Shown here: piece by piece, positions 18,171-29,064 of the stretch | Layout of the letters: every line of letters starts with the position of its first letter | How positions within the stretch are numbered: position 1 is the first letter of the stretch | DNA from: an uncultured Eubacteriaceae bacterium | Lineage (GTDB): Bacteria; Bacillota; Clostridia; Eubacteriales; Eubacteriaceae | Direction: 5' to 3' | Assembly: GCA_947625585.1 (NCBI GenBank) | Contig: CANQOZ010000001.1 | Location: forward strand, 1-63,434 | Length of the DNA stretch: 63,434 bases | Program-made: the position numbers and the translations under genes | The notes under the pieces: model-generated | The model's input: only the letters and a program-made list of their open reading frames with translations | What the model was told of the DNA's origin: nothing | Databases searched by the model: none

Positions 18171-19324
18171 TTATCGAAACATTCTGATACGTCTTTGATA
18201 TATTCAACTGTTGTTAAATGTTGTGGACAAGCTTCTTGGCAATGATAGCATTCAATACAGTCTTTAGCTTTACCAAAGTCGCCTGACTGGGTTAAACGAT
18301 CATAATACTCGCCTTGAGGAGTCCACCCCTTTTCTTTTGTTTCTTGCTTTTCTAAGTTATACAAGCTAAAGAACTTAGGAATTGGAATATTAACAGGACA
18401 ACCATCACCATCAATACAATAACTGCAACCAGTACATGCAATTGCAATATTTTTGTTTATGAGCTCCCTAGCTGCAAAAACTATATCTTCTTCATCTTTA
18501 GTAAGTGGCTTAAAGTCTTTCATAAAACTGACGTTATCCTTCATCTGTTCCATGTTACTCATTCCACTCAAGACCATTTTGACTCCATCTTGAGAAGCTG
18601 CAAAACGGATAGCCCAAGAAGGAATTGACATTTCCGGAGCATTTTCCTTATAAAATTCTTCTGCTTCTTCTGGAACTTTAGCTAATGTTCCTCCCTTAAC
18701 TGGTTCCATAACAATAACTGGTTTACCAAACTTTTTAGCTACTTCAAGACATTTTCTAGACTGAATACTTGGAGAGTCCCAATCAAGGTAATTGATTTGA
18801 AGTTGTACAAATTCTACTTCGGGATGGTTTGTTAAAACTTCTTCTAAAAGTTCTGGTGAATCATGGTAAGAAAAACCGATATGTTTTGCCAAACCTTGTT
18901 CCTTTAAACTCTTTAACCAATCAAAACAATCATATTGTTCGTATTTTTTAATTGAATCCGTACCTACATCATGAAGAAGATATAAATCAAAGAATTCAAC
19001 TCCAGTTTTACCTAATTGGTCACTAAAGACTTTATCTCTTTCTTCGACAGAATTAAAGAATCCTGAGTGGAGTTTATCAGCTAGAATAAACTGATTTCTT
19101 GGATACCGACTTGTTAAACATTCCCTTGCAGCGTTTTCAGAATTAAAATCATTGTACATCCATGCAGTATCAAAGTAATTAAAACCATTATCCATAAAAT
19201 GGTCTACCATTTGTTTTAATTCTTCCATATTGATATCAGCGGAGTCGTTTGGATTATTAAGAGGTAATCTCATAAGTCCAAATCCGAGTTTTTTATTACC
19301 GAAATTAATTTTTGAATTAGTCAT
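18167..19324 (-). CDS. aldo/keto reductase with C-terminal 4Fe-4S ferredoxin-type domain
   Basis: 385 aa with an AKR fold (FDTAWMY, DLYLLHD) plus Cys clusters CTGCSYCIDGDGCP and CIECYHCQEACP. Confidence 0.8.
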   Translation of the reverse strand: MTNSKINFGNKKLGFGLMRLPLNNPNDSADINMEELKQMVDHFMDNGFNYFDTAWMYNDFNSENAARECLTSRYPRNQFILADKLHSGFFNSVEERDKVFSDQLGKTGVEFFDLYLLHDVGTDSIKKYEQYDCFDWLKSLKEQGLAKHIGFSYHDSPELLEEVLTNHPEVEFVQLQINYLDWDSPSIQSRKCLEVAKKFGKPVIVMEPVKGGTLAKVPEEAEEFYKENAPEMSIPSWAIRFAASQDGVKMVLSGMSNMEQMKDNVSFMKDFKPLTKDEEDIVFAARELINKNIAIACTGCSYCIDGDGCPVNIPIPKFFSLYNLEKQETKEKGWTPQGEYYDRLTQSGDFGKAKDCIECYHCQEACPQHLTTVEYIKDVSECFDK

Positions 19325-19482
19325 ATTACTATTATAAACATCAAGCGATTATTTATGTAGAATTAAATCATCTTTTTGATTGTTCTTTATAAGCTTTAAT
19401 GGGTAATAAAGAATTAAAATTTTTAGTTTAATTTGAACTCAGGCACTATAATTAAATCAAGTAAATAAAGAGGTACAGTATT

Positions 19483-20484
19483 ATGTTTTATCTCGGAGTT
19501 CTGTTAATATTTTTAGGCTTCTCCCCTGTTAGTCATTATGTTGATGACTTAATGTATGTCAAGAATCAGCCTAATTATAATTATAATGAATATTATTATG
19601 ACGATGATTATGATCATAATGACTTTTTAGATTTTGACCATCAAGACGATCAAGAACATATAAACACATACCAACTTAGCTATCTTTATGGAGACGATAT
19701 CGTAGTAAATAGGAGTCAAACCAGTGCAGGTTCTGCTATTTTTGGTTTACTTTTTATTGGTCTCGGAGCCTATCTAGTAGTAACCAACTGGAAGAAACCT
19801 CATAACCGGTCAACTTTCTGGAAAGTAATCGGTGGTCTGGTCTTATTTGTTGGTGTTACTAAGGTTTTAAGTGATACTTTAGAGGTTGGAGGCTTCTACT
19901 TTAATTCAATTCCTGGACGAATACTAATTGGATTAAGATACTTTATACCAGGTCTTCTTTTAATTATGTACAACAGAAATGAACCACAAGTTTCACGGTC
20001 CTTACCCGAACAATCTGTAATTGTTCAAACGGAAGAAGAACCAACGCCAGTAGTTCCAAATACTCCAATAGAAAGGCTTATTTATAAGTTAGAAGAAGCT
20101 AAGCAAACAAAGTATTCGCTTGAACATCCAGAAATTGAAAATACTTTGAGTGAAAGTATAAAAGTTTTAAAGGAAATTCACCGATCGGATTACAATATTG
20201 ATGACGACTTTCTTGAAAAGATAGCTAATTTAACTGATTCTTATTTAGAAATAGATGGAACTTCTATTCAGAATCAAAGAAGTCAGGAGTTACTAGGTCA
20301 AATCGGAGAGACTTATAACGTTATTTATGAAGCTTTAGAAAATATTTATGACTCTAACTTTAATGAAAAAGCTAATGATATTGAAACTGATATGGTTTCA
20401 TTTCAAACTCAATTAAATCTTGAAGGAAAACTTGATTCACCCTTTGAAAAGTTTAAAGAAAATTATCAGAGTAAAGAAGATTAA
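19483..20484 (+). CDS. membrane protein with C-terminal helical domain (paralog family member 3)
   Basis: 333 aa with a Tyr/Asp/Asn-rich segment, TM helices, a KKPH loop and the tail LNLEGKLDSPFEKFKEN, related to 6450..7268 and 30978..31772. Confidence 0.55.
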   Translation: MFYLGVLLIFLGFSPVSHYVDDLMYVKNQPNYNYNEYYYDDDYDHNDFLDFDHQDDQEHINTYQLSYLYGDDIVVNRSQTSAGSAIFGLLFIGLGAYLVVTNWKKPHNRSTFWKVIGGLVLFVGVTKVLSDTLEVGGFYFNSIPGRILIGLRYFIPGLLLIMYNRNEPQVSRSLPEQSVIVQTEEEPTPVVPNTPIERLIYKLEEAKQTKYSLEHPEIENTLSESIKVLKEIHRSDYNIDDDFLEKIANLTDSYLEIDGTSIQNQRSQELLGQIGETYNVIYEALENIYDSNFNEKANDIETDMVSFQTQLNLEGKLDSPFEKFKENYQSKED

Positions 20485-20526
20485 AAACAGCTTCCTAGAG
20501 TTATTACTCTAGGAAGCTTTATTTAT
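20485..20526. terminator. bidirectional intrinsic terminator
   Basis: agcttcctagagt-tatt-actctaggaagct (13 bp perfect stem), flanked by an A-run and a T-rich run. Confidence 0.85.
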
Positions 20527-20548
20527 ACTCGAATACGAATAAACTAAA

Positions 20549-22501
20549 TCAATTAAAATTATAAGTCCAAGTTACATTTGCAGTCTCACTTGGTTTACTT
20601 GTATCTACAGGTTGTAATGATACTTCAACTGCTTCTAGTTGTAAATTATGTCCACTCGTACCTACCCATTGATTGTTTGTTACCCAATCTGTCCAACCAT
20701 AGTCTTCTACATGGACTCGATAATACAATTGATAGTATGGAGCATTCGGTCCAGTCAAATCTAATTGAAGAGCTTCAATTCCATTATCTAAACCAAAATT
20801 ACCTAATTCACATTTTTCATCAAAATAATCAGTTGTACCAATATTCTCAACGTGTGCTTTAGCTCTTAAGTTTAAATTATTATCATCAGTAGAAAAGATT
20901 AAACCAAGTAACTTTTGATTCTTTCCGATGGTTCCAGCAATTTCATCGCTATGAGCCAACGTTAACCAACCTTCATGTTCGGAATTAGCCAAAATTTCTA
21001 ATTTAGCAGGTGCAACTACTATATGGCAAGTTGCTGTAACAGTTTTAACCTCATTAGAAGTAATCGTTATATCTGCTGAACCAAATTTCAGAGCATGAAG
21101 TTCGCCATTTTCAACGCTAACTACATCTGGATTTGAACTAGTCCATGTAAACGGGCTTTCCAATCCAGTTCTATAAGCTAAATGATAAACTTGATTAATA
21201 TATAGGGTTAAATTATCTGTTGTAAAATATACCTGGTCTTTTTTTGGATTTTTTAGCTCTTCAACTGCTTCTTTAATATTAATCAGTCCATTTCCATAGT
21301 ATTTGTCATAACCAGGATCACCTAAGTCAGTAGCAGTATTTTTAATAATAGATTGAACACTATTTTCAGTTAAATTAGGGTCAATTGAACTTAATAAAGC
21401 TACTTCACCAGCAACCATTGGAGCAGCAAAAGAGGTTCCTGATTCTATGTTATAAGAAGAAGGTCCATTTTTTGTTGAAGAACTGAGGATCTTATTACCA
21501 GGAGCAACAAAATCAATCCCCGTGCCATAGTTACTTCCCGATCCAGTTCCCCAATCAGCTTCTGTACAACGATTATTAGTATTATTAACAGCGCCTACTG
21601 CAATTACTTCGTCATATCTTGCCGGATATTCAATTTCATCTTGATTATAGTTGCCGGTTGCAGCTACAACGATCTTACCGGCTTTATACACTTCCTTAAT
21701 TGCCGATTCGACTGCTTGATTATTTTTTGTTAAAGATAAACTTAAGTTAATAACTTTAACATCCGTTTTTTGAATATCTTTTAAGGCCAAAACTAGATCA
21801 GATACAAAACCAATATTTTGTCCATTAAGTATTTTATAAGGAACAACTTTAACATTGCTATTTCCACAAATTCCAGCTATTCCTTTAGAGTTGTTTGTTA
21901 CTGCGTTAATAATTCCAGCTACTTCAGTTCCATGACCAGTTAAGTCATCCATATTATTATCAACATAGCTTTTACCTTCAAGAAGGTATCTTCCCTGTAA
22001 ATCTTCATGGCTTGTATCTAAACCTGAATCCATTACAGCTACTTTAACTAAATGACGGGCATTTAAGTCCCAGGTGTCCTGAGCATTTATTTGAGAGTAA
22101 TAGGATTGATTCGATAGCATACTATCGTTTGGAATATCAGTAGCTCTGATTATTTCATCATAGTCAACAGATTCAACGATGTTGTTATCTGAAATTTCAT
22201 TAATCAGTTCTTCTGGGTTAACATTATCTTTAGTTTCTAAAACATCAACACCAACATTACTCGTTTCGCCAGCAACAAAGTCATCTTTATCTAAACCGAG
22301 TTTTCTTATATTATTTTGGTTGTTATTCTTATAAGTAATGATTATTCGGTTAGTATCAGTTGAGGGTGTTGTTAAACTTGTATTTTCTAACTTATTAAGT
22401 TCATTTACACTTGTTAACAAATCATCCTCAGCAAAAACAGGACAGAGTAATACTAAACAAATAAACTCAATTAAGACAAACAACCTTATTCCGAATTTCA
22501 A
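20549..22501 (-). CDS. secreted subtilisin-family (S8) serine protease with Big_2 domain and three C-terminal ChW repeats
   Basis: 650 aa with a TTG start and GGGAGGGG SD. Signal peptide, then the catalytic triad motifs VMDSGLD, HGTEVAG and SGTSFAAPMVAG. A Big_2-like segment (WTSSNPDVVSVENGELHALKFGSADITI) is followed by ChW repeats (YRVHVEDYGWTDWV..GTSGHNLQLEAVEVSL). Confidence 0.88.
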   Translation of the reverse strand: MKFGIRLFVLIEFICLVLLCPVFAEDDLLTSVNELNKLENTSLTTPSTDTNRIIITYKNNNQNNIRKLGLDKDDFVAGETSNVGVDVLETKDNVNPEELINEISDNNIVESVDYDEIIRATDIPNDSMLSNQSYYSQINAQDTWDLNARHLVKVAVMDSGLDTSHEDLQGRYLLEGKSYVDNNMDDLTGHGTEVAGIINAVTNNSKGIAGICGNSNVKVVPYKILNGQNIGFVSDLVLALKDIQKTDVKVINLSLSLTKNNQAVESAIKEVYKAGKIVVAATGNYNQDEIEYPARYDEVIAVGAVNNTNNRCTEADWGTGSGSNYGTGIDFVAPGNKILSSSTKNGPSSYNIESGTSFAAPMVAGEVALLSSIDPNLTENSVQSIIKNTATDLGDPGYDKYYGNGLINIKEAVEELKNPKKDQVYFTTDNLTLYINQVYHLAYRTGLESPFTWTSSNPDVVSVENGELHALKFGSADITITSNEVKTVTATCHIVVAPAKLEILANSEHEGWLTLAHSDEIAGTIGKNQKLLGLIFSTDDNNLNLRAKAHVENIGTTDYFDEKCELGNFGLDNGIEALQLDLTGPNAPYYQLYYRVHVEDYGWTDWVTNNQWVGTSGHNLQLEAVEVSLQPVDTSKPSETANVTWTYNFN

Positions 22502-22562
22502 AGTATTCCCCTCCCATTTCTAATGCTAAAAAATGTAGTAAGAATTGGTTTTAATAATTTAT

Positions 22563-22571
22563 ATTATATCA
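22563..22571 (-). promoter_or_regulatory. candidate extended -10 promoter (TGATATAAT) for the S8 protease gene
   Basis: The minus strand reads ttgatataat about 60 nt upstream of the TTG start. No good -35. AT-rich context, so a chance match is possible. Confidence 0.3.
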
Positions 22572-23080
22572 AAAAGTAATTTCAATTATGGTTCTATTTA
22601 TAATAATTGAGGTATATATTAATAATTAATTATTCCCAATTTTTCTCTTTATAAACAGAATTTTTTAAATAATTTAGAATTTATTTTTATTTTTAGTAAG
22701 AATGATTAAAGAACTATTAAGTAAATTGAATGATATATCTAAAATTTATATTTCTATTTGGAAAACCTTTACAGCTGTTTAATTGCTTGTCTAATTTCCA
22801 TTCAGGTACTATAATATATTACAGTTACATGTAATTTAGGATTAGAATACTTTTACTCGATCGAATATAAATTTTTAGGCTGTGAAATTTTAAAAAACTT
22901 CCAGCTAGCTGGTTTAACCACTTAGTAAAGCAGGAAATGTTACCTCAGTAATTTAGTTCATAAATAACTTGTATGACTGTTCAAAACAGTAAACCCAGTA
23001 ATTTATATATTTAAAATGAATGAAGCGCTCCATTTGTCAAAAAACACTTAAATTTCAAATAACCTGTTAGGCATTTTAAG

Positions 23081-23094
23081 TGTAAACGTTAACA
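23081..23094. promoter_or_regulatory. cre/LacI-type palindromic operator candidate (TGTAAACGTTAACA)
   Basis: Perfect match to TGWAANCGNTNWCA. Embedded in the inverted repeat ACCTGTTA...TAACAGGT. Confidence 0.45.
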
Positions 23095-23134
23095 GGTGAA
23101 TTGCTAATAAATAATTCGATATTTGACATAAAAT

Positions 23135-23148
23135 AATAAACGTTTACA
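23135..23148. promoter_or_regulatory. cre/LacI-type operator half-conserved box (AATAAACGTTTACA)
   Basis: The right half is perfect and the left half lacks TG. Its centre is 54 bp from the centre of the 23081 box. It shares AACGTTTACACTC with the 8940 box. Confidence 0.35.
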
Positions 23149-23180
23149 CTCGAAAAGTCATTTCCTATCGACGAAATAAA

Positions 23181-23207
23181 ATGAAAAAGGTGCCGCTTAC
23201 GACACCT
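23181..23207 (-). terminator. intrinsic terminator after groEL
   Basis: On the minus strand: aggtgtcg-taag-cggcacct followed by ttttcatttt. Confidence 0.8.
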
Positions 23208-23229
23208 ATTATATTCGAAAATATTTGGA

Positions 23230-24885
<1,656 letters not shown>

Positions 24886-25173
24886 TTATTCCATAACTGC
24901 TAAAATATCGTCAGCATCAACAATTATAAAGTCACCTTCAACATCGAGGTCAATATCTTTTGAGTTGTAATCAGAATAGACAACAACATCACCTATTTTT
25001 AGTGGTATTGGGACTAGCTTATCTCCACGATATCGTCCTTCTCCAATAGCTATGACTTCAGCTTCATTAGGTTTATTACTAGCTGTTTCAGGTAATACAA
25101 TGCCTCCAACAACTCTTTCATCTTCATTTTTTATTCTTAAAATAACCCTGTTTCCTAAAGGTTTATAGCTCAT
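24886..25173 (-). CDS. groES: co-chaperonin GroES
   Basis: 95 aa. KPLGNRVILR...GGIVLPE pattern. Lies 9 nt upstream of groEL. Confidence 0.97.
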   Translation of the reverse strand: MSYKPLGNRVILRIKNEDERVVGGIVLPETASNKPNEAEVIAIGEGRYRGDKLVPIPLKIGDVVVYSDYNSKDIDLDVEGDFIIVDADDILAVME

Positions 25174-25199
25174 TTTATCCTCCTAATTCTTACTCCAGA

Positions 25200-25228
25200 T
25201 TTATATTTACCCAGTTAAGATGCAACAA
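25200..25228 (-). promoter_or_regulatory. candidate sigma-A promoter for groES-groEL (TTGTTG-17-TATAAA)
   Basis: Read on the minus strand in the 73 nt tsaD-groES gap. No CIRCE element accompanies it. Confidence 0.3.
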
Positions 25229-25246
25229 CGTCTAACTTTTATAAAA

Positions 25247-26257
25247 TTAATCTAATCCAAACTTTAAATTTGGAGTGGCATCTAAATGATTGTCTGATAG
25301 CTTATTATCTTTAAAGTTGTAATAAGCTTGAGAAGCTATCATGGCAGCATTATCCGTTGAATAGATAAAATCCGGTGAATAAAATTTTATATTTTCCTCT
25401 TTTAGAGCATTTTCTAATTGTTCTCTTAAAGCTTGATTTGCTGAAACTCCACCAGCTATTGCTACAATATCAATATTGTTATCCTTACTAGCTTTTAATG
25501 TCTTGTCTGTTAATACGTCCAATACAGCGGCTTGAAAAGAGGCAGCAACATCTTTTGGTTCATATTCAATTCCCTTTTGTTTGTTATTATTTAAGAAATT
25601 GAGAACAGCAGACTTTAAACCGGAGAAGGAAAAGTCAAGTGAGCCAGGACTCATGTAAACTCGTGGGAAATCAATCGCCTCCTTATTTCCTTCTCGAGCT
25701 AGTTTTTCTAATTTTGGACCACCTGGATAACCTAGTCCAATAACACGAGCAATTTTATCAAAGGCTTCACCAGCAGCATCGTCAATACTTCTACCTAAAA
25801 TCTCAAAATCAGTATAGTCTTTAACTAAAATAAGGTGAGTATGACCACCTGAAACGACTAAACATAAAAAAGGTGGCTCAAGTTCTTTTGCTTTTATGTA
25901 ATTGGCTGCTATGTGCCCTTCTAAATGGTTTACTCCAATTAGGGGAATGTTTAAAGCAGAACTTAAAGCTTTTGCGTAGGAAACTCCTACTAATAAAGCT
26001 CCAACAAGTCCAGGTCCATTTGTAACAGCAATAGCATCAATGTCATCAAAATTTAAATCCGCTTCTTTTAGAGCTTGTTCAACAACGACTGGAATATTCA
26101 TTAAGTGATTTCTCGAAGCTATTTCTGGAACAACGCCGCCGTATTTCTCGTGGATATCTATTTGACTATTTATTACATTTGATAAAACTTCCCTACCGTC
26201 TTTAACAATAGATGCAGACGTTTCATCACAAGAAGTTTCAATACCTAATATATTCAT
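25247..26257 (-). CDS. tsaD: tRNA N6-adenosine threonylcarbamoyltransferase TsaD
   Basis: 336 aa. [13 protein letters not shown] start and HLEGH motif. Confidence 0.95.
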   Translation of the reverse strand: MNILGIETSCDETSASIVKDGREVLSNVINSQIDIHEKYGGVVPEIASRNHLMNIPVVVEQALKEADLNFDDIDAIAVTNGPGLVGALLVGVSYAKALSSALNIPLIGVNHLEGHIAANYIKAKELEPPFLCLVVSGGHTHLILVKDYTDFEILGRSIDDAAGEAFDKIARVIGLGYPGGPKLEKLAREGNKEAIDFPRVYMSPGSLDFSFSGLKSAVLNFLNNNKQKGIEYEPKDVAASFQAAVLDVLTDKTLKASKDNNIDIVAIAGGVSANQALREQLENALKEENIKFYSPDFIYSTDNAAMIASQAYYNFKDNKLSDNHLDATPNLKFGLD

Positions 26258-26694
26258 AAATCTAACCTATATATTATGGCATCAAATTTATTGTCATAAT
26301 ATTTTCTTCTAATCCCAATTTGCCTAAACCCTAAATTTTCGTATAACTGTTTCGCTATTTTATTATCTTCAGAAACTTCTAAAAATACTTCAGTAATATT
26401 ATTCTTTTGGTTTAACTCGTTAAAAACTTCTTTTAATAAAAGAAATCCCAGACCTTTAGTCCGAAATCTTTTATTAATATAAAGATAAATAATCTCAGCA
26501 GTTTCCAAAACTGTTGAAAGGACTACATATCCAGCTACTTCTTCATCTTGATTAATTAAAAAGCAGCTATAATAATCCGAACTAACTACTCTTTTAAGTT
26601 CACTTGTTTTCCAATTATTAAAATATTGTCTTTCTTTATCTGCCTCTAATAGTTCTTCTATGCTTTTAATCCTCTTAATTCTTCTCTTCAGCAT
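26254..26694 (-). CDS. rimI: ribosomal-protein-alanine N-acetyltransferase (GNAT)
   Basis: 146 aa GNAT fold ([12 protein letters not shown]) in the conserved position between tsaB and tsaD. Confidence 0.8.
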   Translation of the reverse strand: MLKRRIKRIKSIEELLEADKERQYFNNWKTSELKRVVSSDYYSCFLINQDEEVAGYVVLSTVLETAEIIYLYINKRFRTKGLGFLLLKEVFNELNQKNNITEVFLEVSEDNKIAKQLYENLGFRQIGIRRKYYDNKFDAIIYRLDL

Positions 26695-27352
26695 AACTTG
26701 GTCTTAGATAAGATGGCTCAATTGTTTTATATGTTTTAGCATTATCCAAGTGACTTAAAGCACAGGCTCCAGCAGATGAAGCTTTACATGTTCTTAGGTA
26801 TGCTGGGACTATAATTAGATTTTTAAAACTTTCTAGATCCTCAGCATACTTATCTACTCCATCACCAAGTAGAAATATCGGTTTATCGATGCCTTTTAAT
26901 CTATCTCTTAATTCACTAAGATAAAGAGCTGAATCTTCTGTTAACCGCTTAATTGTTCCGTTATTACTTGATTCAAATAAAGCAGTATAAACTTGTTCTC
27001 TTCTAGCATCTAAAATTGGACAAATAATACCATTTGAAAAGCTAATATTATAAGCGAGTGATTCTAAAGTTGATACTGGTATAACTGGTTTATTGGTTAC
27101 TTGTGCTAAGGCTTTTATTGTCGATAAACCTATTCTGAGACCTGTAAAAGAGCCAGGTCCGTTTACAGCAGCAAAATAGTCAAAATCAAAGTAGGAAAGT
27201 TCAACTGACTTGAGTATAGAATCTAGAGTCGGCATTAATGTTTTGGAATGTTTAAGTTTATAGTCGATTATATCTTCACTAATGAGCTTTTTTTCACTTA
27301 AAACAGCTGCACTCATTACATTAGTTGCAGTATCAATTGCTAGAATCTTCAT
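26675..27352 (-). CDS. tsaB: tRNA threonylcarbamoyladenosine biosynthesis protein TsaB
   Basis: 225 aa. MKILAIDTAT start and GPGSFTGLRIG motif. Confidence 0.92.
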   Translation of the reverse strand: MKILAIDTATNVMSAAVLSEKKLISEDIIDYKLKHSKTLMPTLDSILKSVELSYFDFDYFAAVNGPGSFTGLRIGLSTIKALAQVTNKPVIPVSTLESLAYNISFSNGIICPILDARREQVYTALFESSNNGTIKRLTEDSALYLSELRDRLKGIDKPIFLLGDGVDKYAEDLESFKNLIIVPAYLRTCKASSAGACALSHLDNAKTYKTIEPSYLRPSYAEEKN

Positions 27353-28151
27353 TTAATAAACTCTTTGCCTTTTCAGCACAAGCATTAGCAGCATCAATTA
27401 CAATTCCTCTAAATCCATTTTCTTCTAAAGAACAAACAGCTTCTATAGTTGTTCCTCCAGGAGTACAGATATTATTTTTTAAATCATCTGGACTATCCCC
27501 TGTTTCTAAAACTAACTTACTAGCACCTAGAACTGCTTGAGCACTAAGCCTAACAGCTTGATCTCTAGGAAACCCCTGATAAACTCCGGCATCTGCCATA
27601 GCACTAATTAACATTAAAGCATAGGCTGGAGCTGAACTAGCTATTGCAGGAACAACATCCATCAAATGTCCATCTAAAACTTCTGTTTTACCAAAAGTAT
27701 TTAAAAGTTCAATTAATTCTTCCAATTCAAGATCTGTAATATTTTTGTCAGGATAAATAGTTGAGTCAGATTCACCAACTAAAGCAGGAGTACTTGGCTG
27801 AACTCTAGCCACTTTAACATTACCTAACTTTTCATAAACATCTTCAAAGCTAACCCCAACTGCTATAACAACAACAATTGTGTTCTCATCAACATCAGAC
27901 TTAATTGTTTCTAAAACTTTTGGATAGATATTCGGCTTGACAGCGAGAATTAAAATATCAGACTCATTTGCCACTTCATGTTCATTTTCTTTAACAGAAG
28001 CTCCTATTTCATTTGCTAAATTATTAACAACATCTGTATTAACGTCATAGATTAAGATATCTTCAGGATTAATTATCCCAGAATTCTTGATACCCTTTGC
28101 CATGGCAGATCCCATATTTCCGCAACCGATAAACCCAATCTTTTTTTTCAT
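27333..28151 (-). CDS. proC: pyrroline-5-carboxylate reductase
   Basis: Start placed at MKKKIGFIGCGNMG (ATG 28151, SD agagga), not at the longer TTG-initiated track ORF. Rossmann motif plus the C-terminal PGGTT motif. Confidence 0.9.
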   Translation of the reverse strand: MKKKIGFIGCGNMGSAMAKGIKNSGIINPEDILIYDVNTDVVNNLANEIGASVKENEHEVANESDILILAVKPNIYPKVLETIKSDVDENTIVVVIAVGVSFEDVYEKLGNVKVARVQPSTPALVGESDSTIYPDKNITDLELEELIELLNTFGKTEVLDGHLMDVVPAIASSAPAYALMLISAMADAGVYQGFPRDQAVRLSAQAVLGASKLVLETGDSPDDLKNNICTPGGTTIEAVCSLEENGFRGIVIDAANACAEKAKSLLNEDSSN

Positions 28152-28205
28152 AATTCCTCTTTTTTTATTATAATAATCACTAGACAAAATTTTGGAGTTT
28201 CTTAA

Positions 28206-29033
28206 TTGGTAGATATTTTAAAAGCAATAATATATGGAATTGTCCAAGGTATCACTGAGTGGTTACCAATCAGTAGTACTGGACATTTAATTTTACTAGA
28301 ACAAATTTTACCACTTAATGTATCTCAGGACTTTTGGGATATGTTTCTTGTGGTTATTCAATTTGGCTCAATCTTAGCTGTTGTTCTTCTCTATTGGAAA
28401 CGACTCTGGCCCTGGTCAAAAGGAAATAGTCCAGAAAAAACGAATAGGATTTATGACTTATGGATAAAAATTATCATAGGGGTTATTCCAGCCGTTATTG
28501 TTGGACTATTATTTGATGATTACTTAGAAGAACATTTTTATAACTTTTTAACAGTAGCCATTATGCTCATTGTTTATGGTGTTCTCTTTATCATTGTAGA
28601 AAACCTAAATTATGTAAAGCATCCAAAAATAAAGTCGATTGGTCAAATTTCTTATAAAACAGCCTTCTTTATTGGCTGCTTTCAGGCTTTAGCAGTAATT
28701 CCTGGAACCTCTCGTTCTGGAGCTACAATTGTTGGAGCTTTATTACTAGGTTGTTCAAGAAGGTCAGCAACTGAGTTTTCCTTCTATTTAGCAATACCAA
28801 CAATGTTAGGGGCTAGTGCATTAAAAGTGTTTAAATTTATCTTAACAGCTGGTTCCATAACCTTTTTAGAAATAGCTATCCTACTAGTTGGAATGATTGT
28901 ATCTTTCATCGTTTCAGTTTATGCTATCCGATTCTTATTAGGTTACATTAGAAAACACAATTTCAAAATCTTTGGTTACTATAGGATAGTTCTAGGTTTA
29001 TTACTACTCTTCTATTATTACGTTATTCTTTAA
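28206..29033 (+). CDS. uppP: undecaprenyl-diphosphate phosphatase
   Basis: 275 aa with a TTG start. Motifs GITEWLPISSTGHL and PGTSRSGATI. Confidence 0.93.
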   Translation: MVDILKAIIYGIVQGITEWLPISSTGHLILLEQILPLNVSQDFWDMFLVVIQFGSILAVVLLYWKRLWPWSKGNSPEKTNRIYDLWIKIIIGVIPAVIVGLLFDDYLEEHFYNFLTVAIMLIVYGVLFIIVENLNYVKHPKIKSIGQISYKTAFFIGCFQALAVIPGTSRSGATIVGALLLGCSRRSATEFSFYLAIPTMLGASALKVFKFILTAGSITFLEIAILLVGMIVSFIVSVYAIRFLLGYIRKHNFKIFGYYRIVLGLLLLFYYYVIL

Positions 29034-29034
29034 T

Positions 29035-29064
29035 AAAAAAAGTGACTTTTGCAGTCACTTTTTT
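29035..29064. terminator. bidirectional intrinsic terminator between uppP and typA
   Basis: aaaaaa-agtgact-tttgc-agtcact-ttttt. Confidence 0.8.

Noticed and set aside
22953-23033. A 26-codon minus-strand ORF (MERFIHFKYINYWVYCFEQSYKLFMN) in the long intergenic region.
   Set aside because: It has no SD. The ATG is directly abutted by a TTGACA hexamer, and there is no supporting signal. It is kept only as context for the intergenic-region finding.
25174-25246. Searched for a CIRCE (HrcA) operator upstream of groES.
   Set aside because: The only inverted repeat (GTTAGAC...TCTTAAC) matches the TTAGCACTC-N9-GAGTGCTAA consensus poorly, so no CIRCE feature was called.
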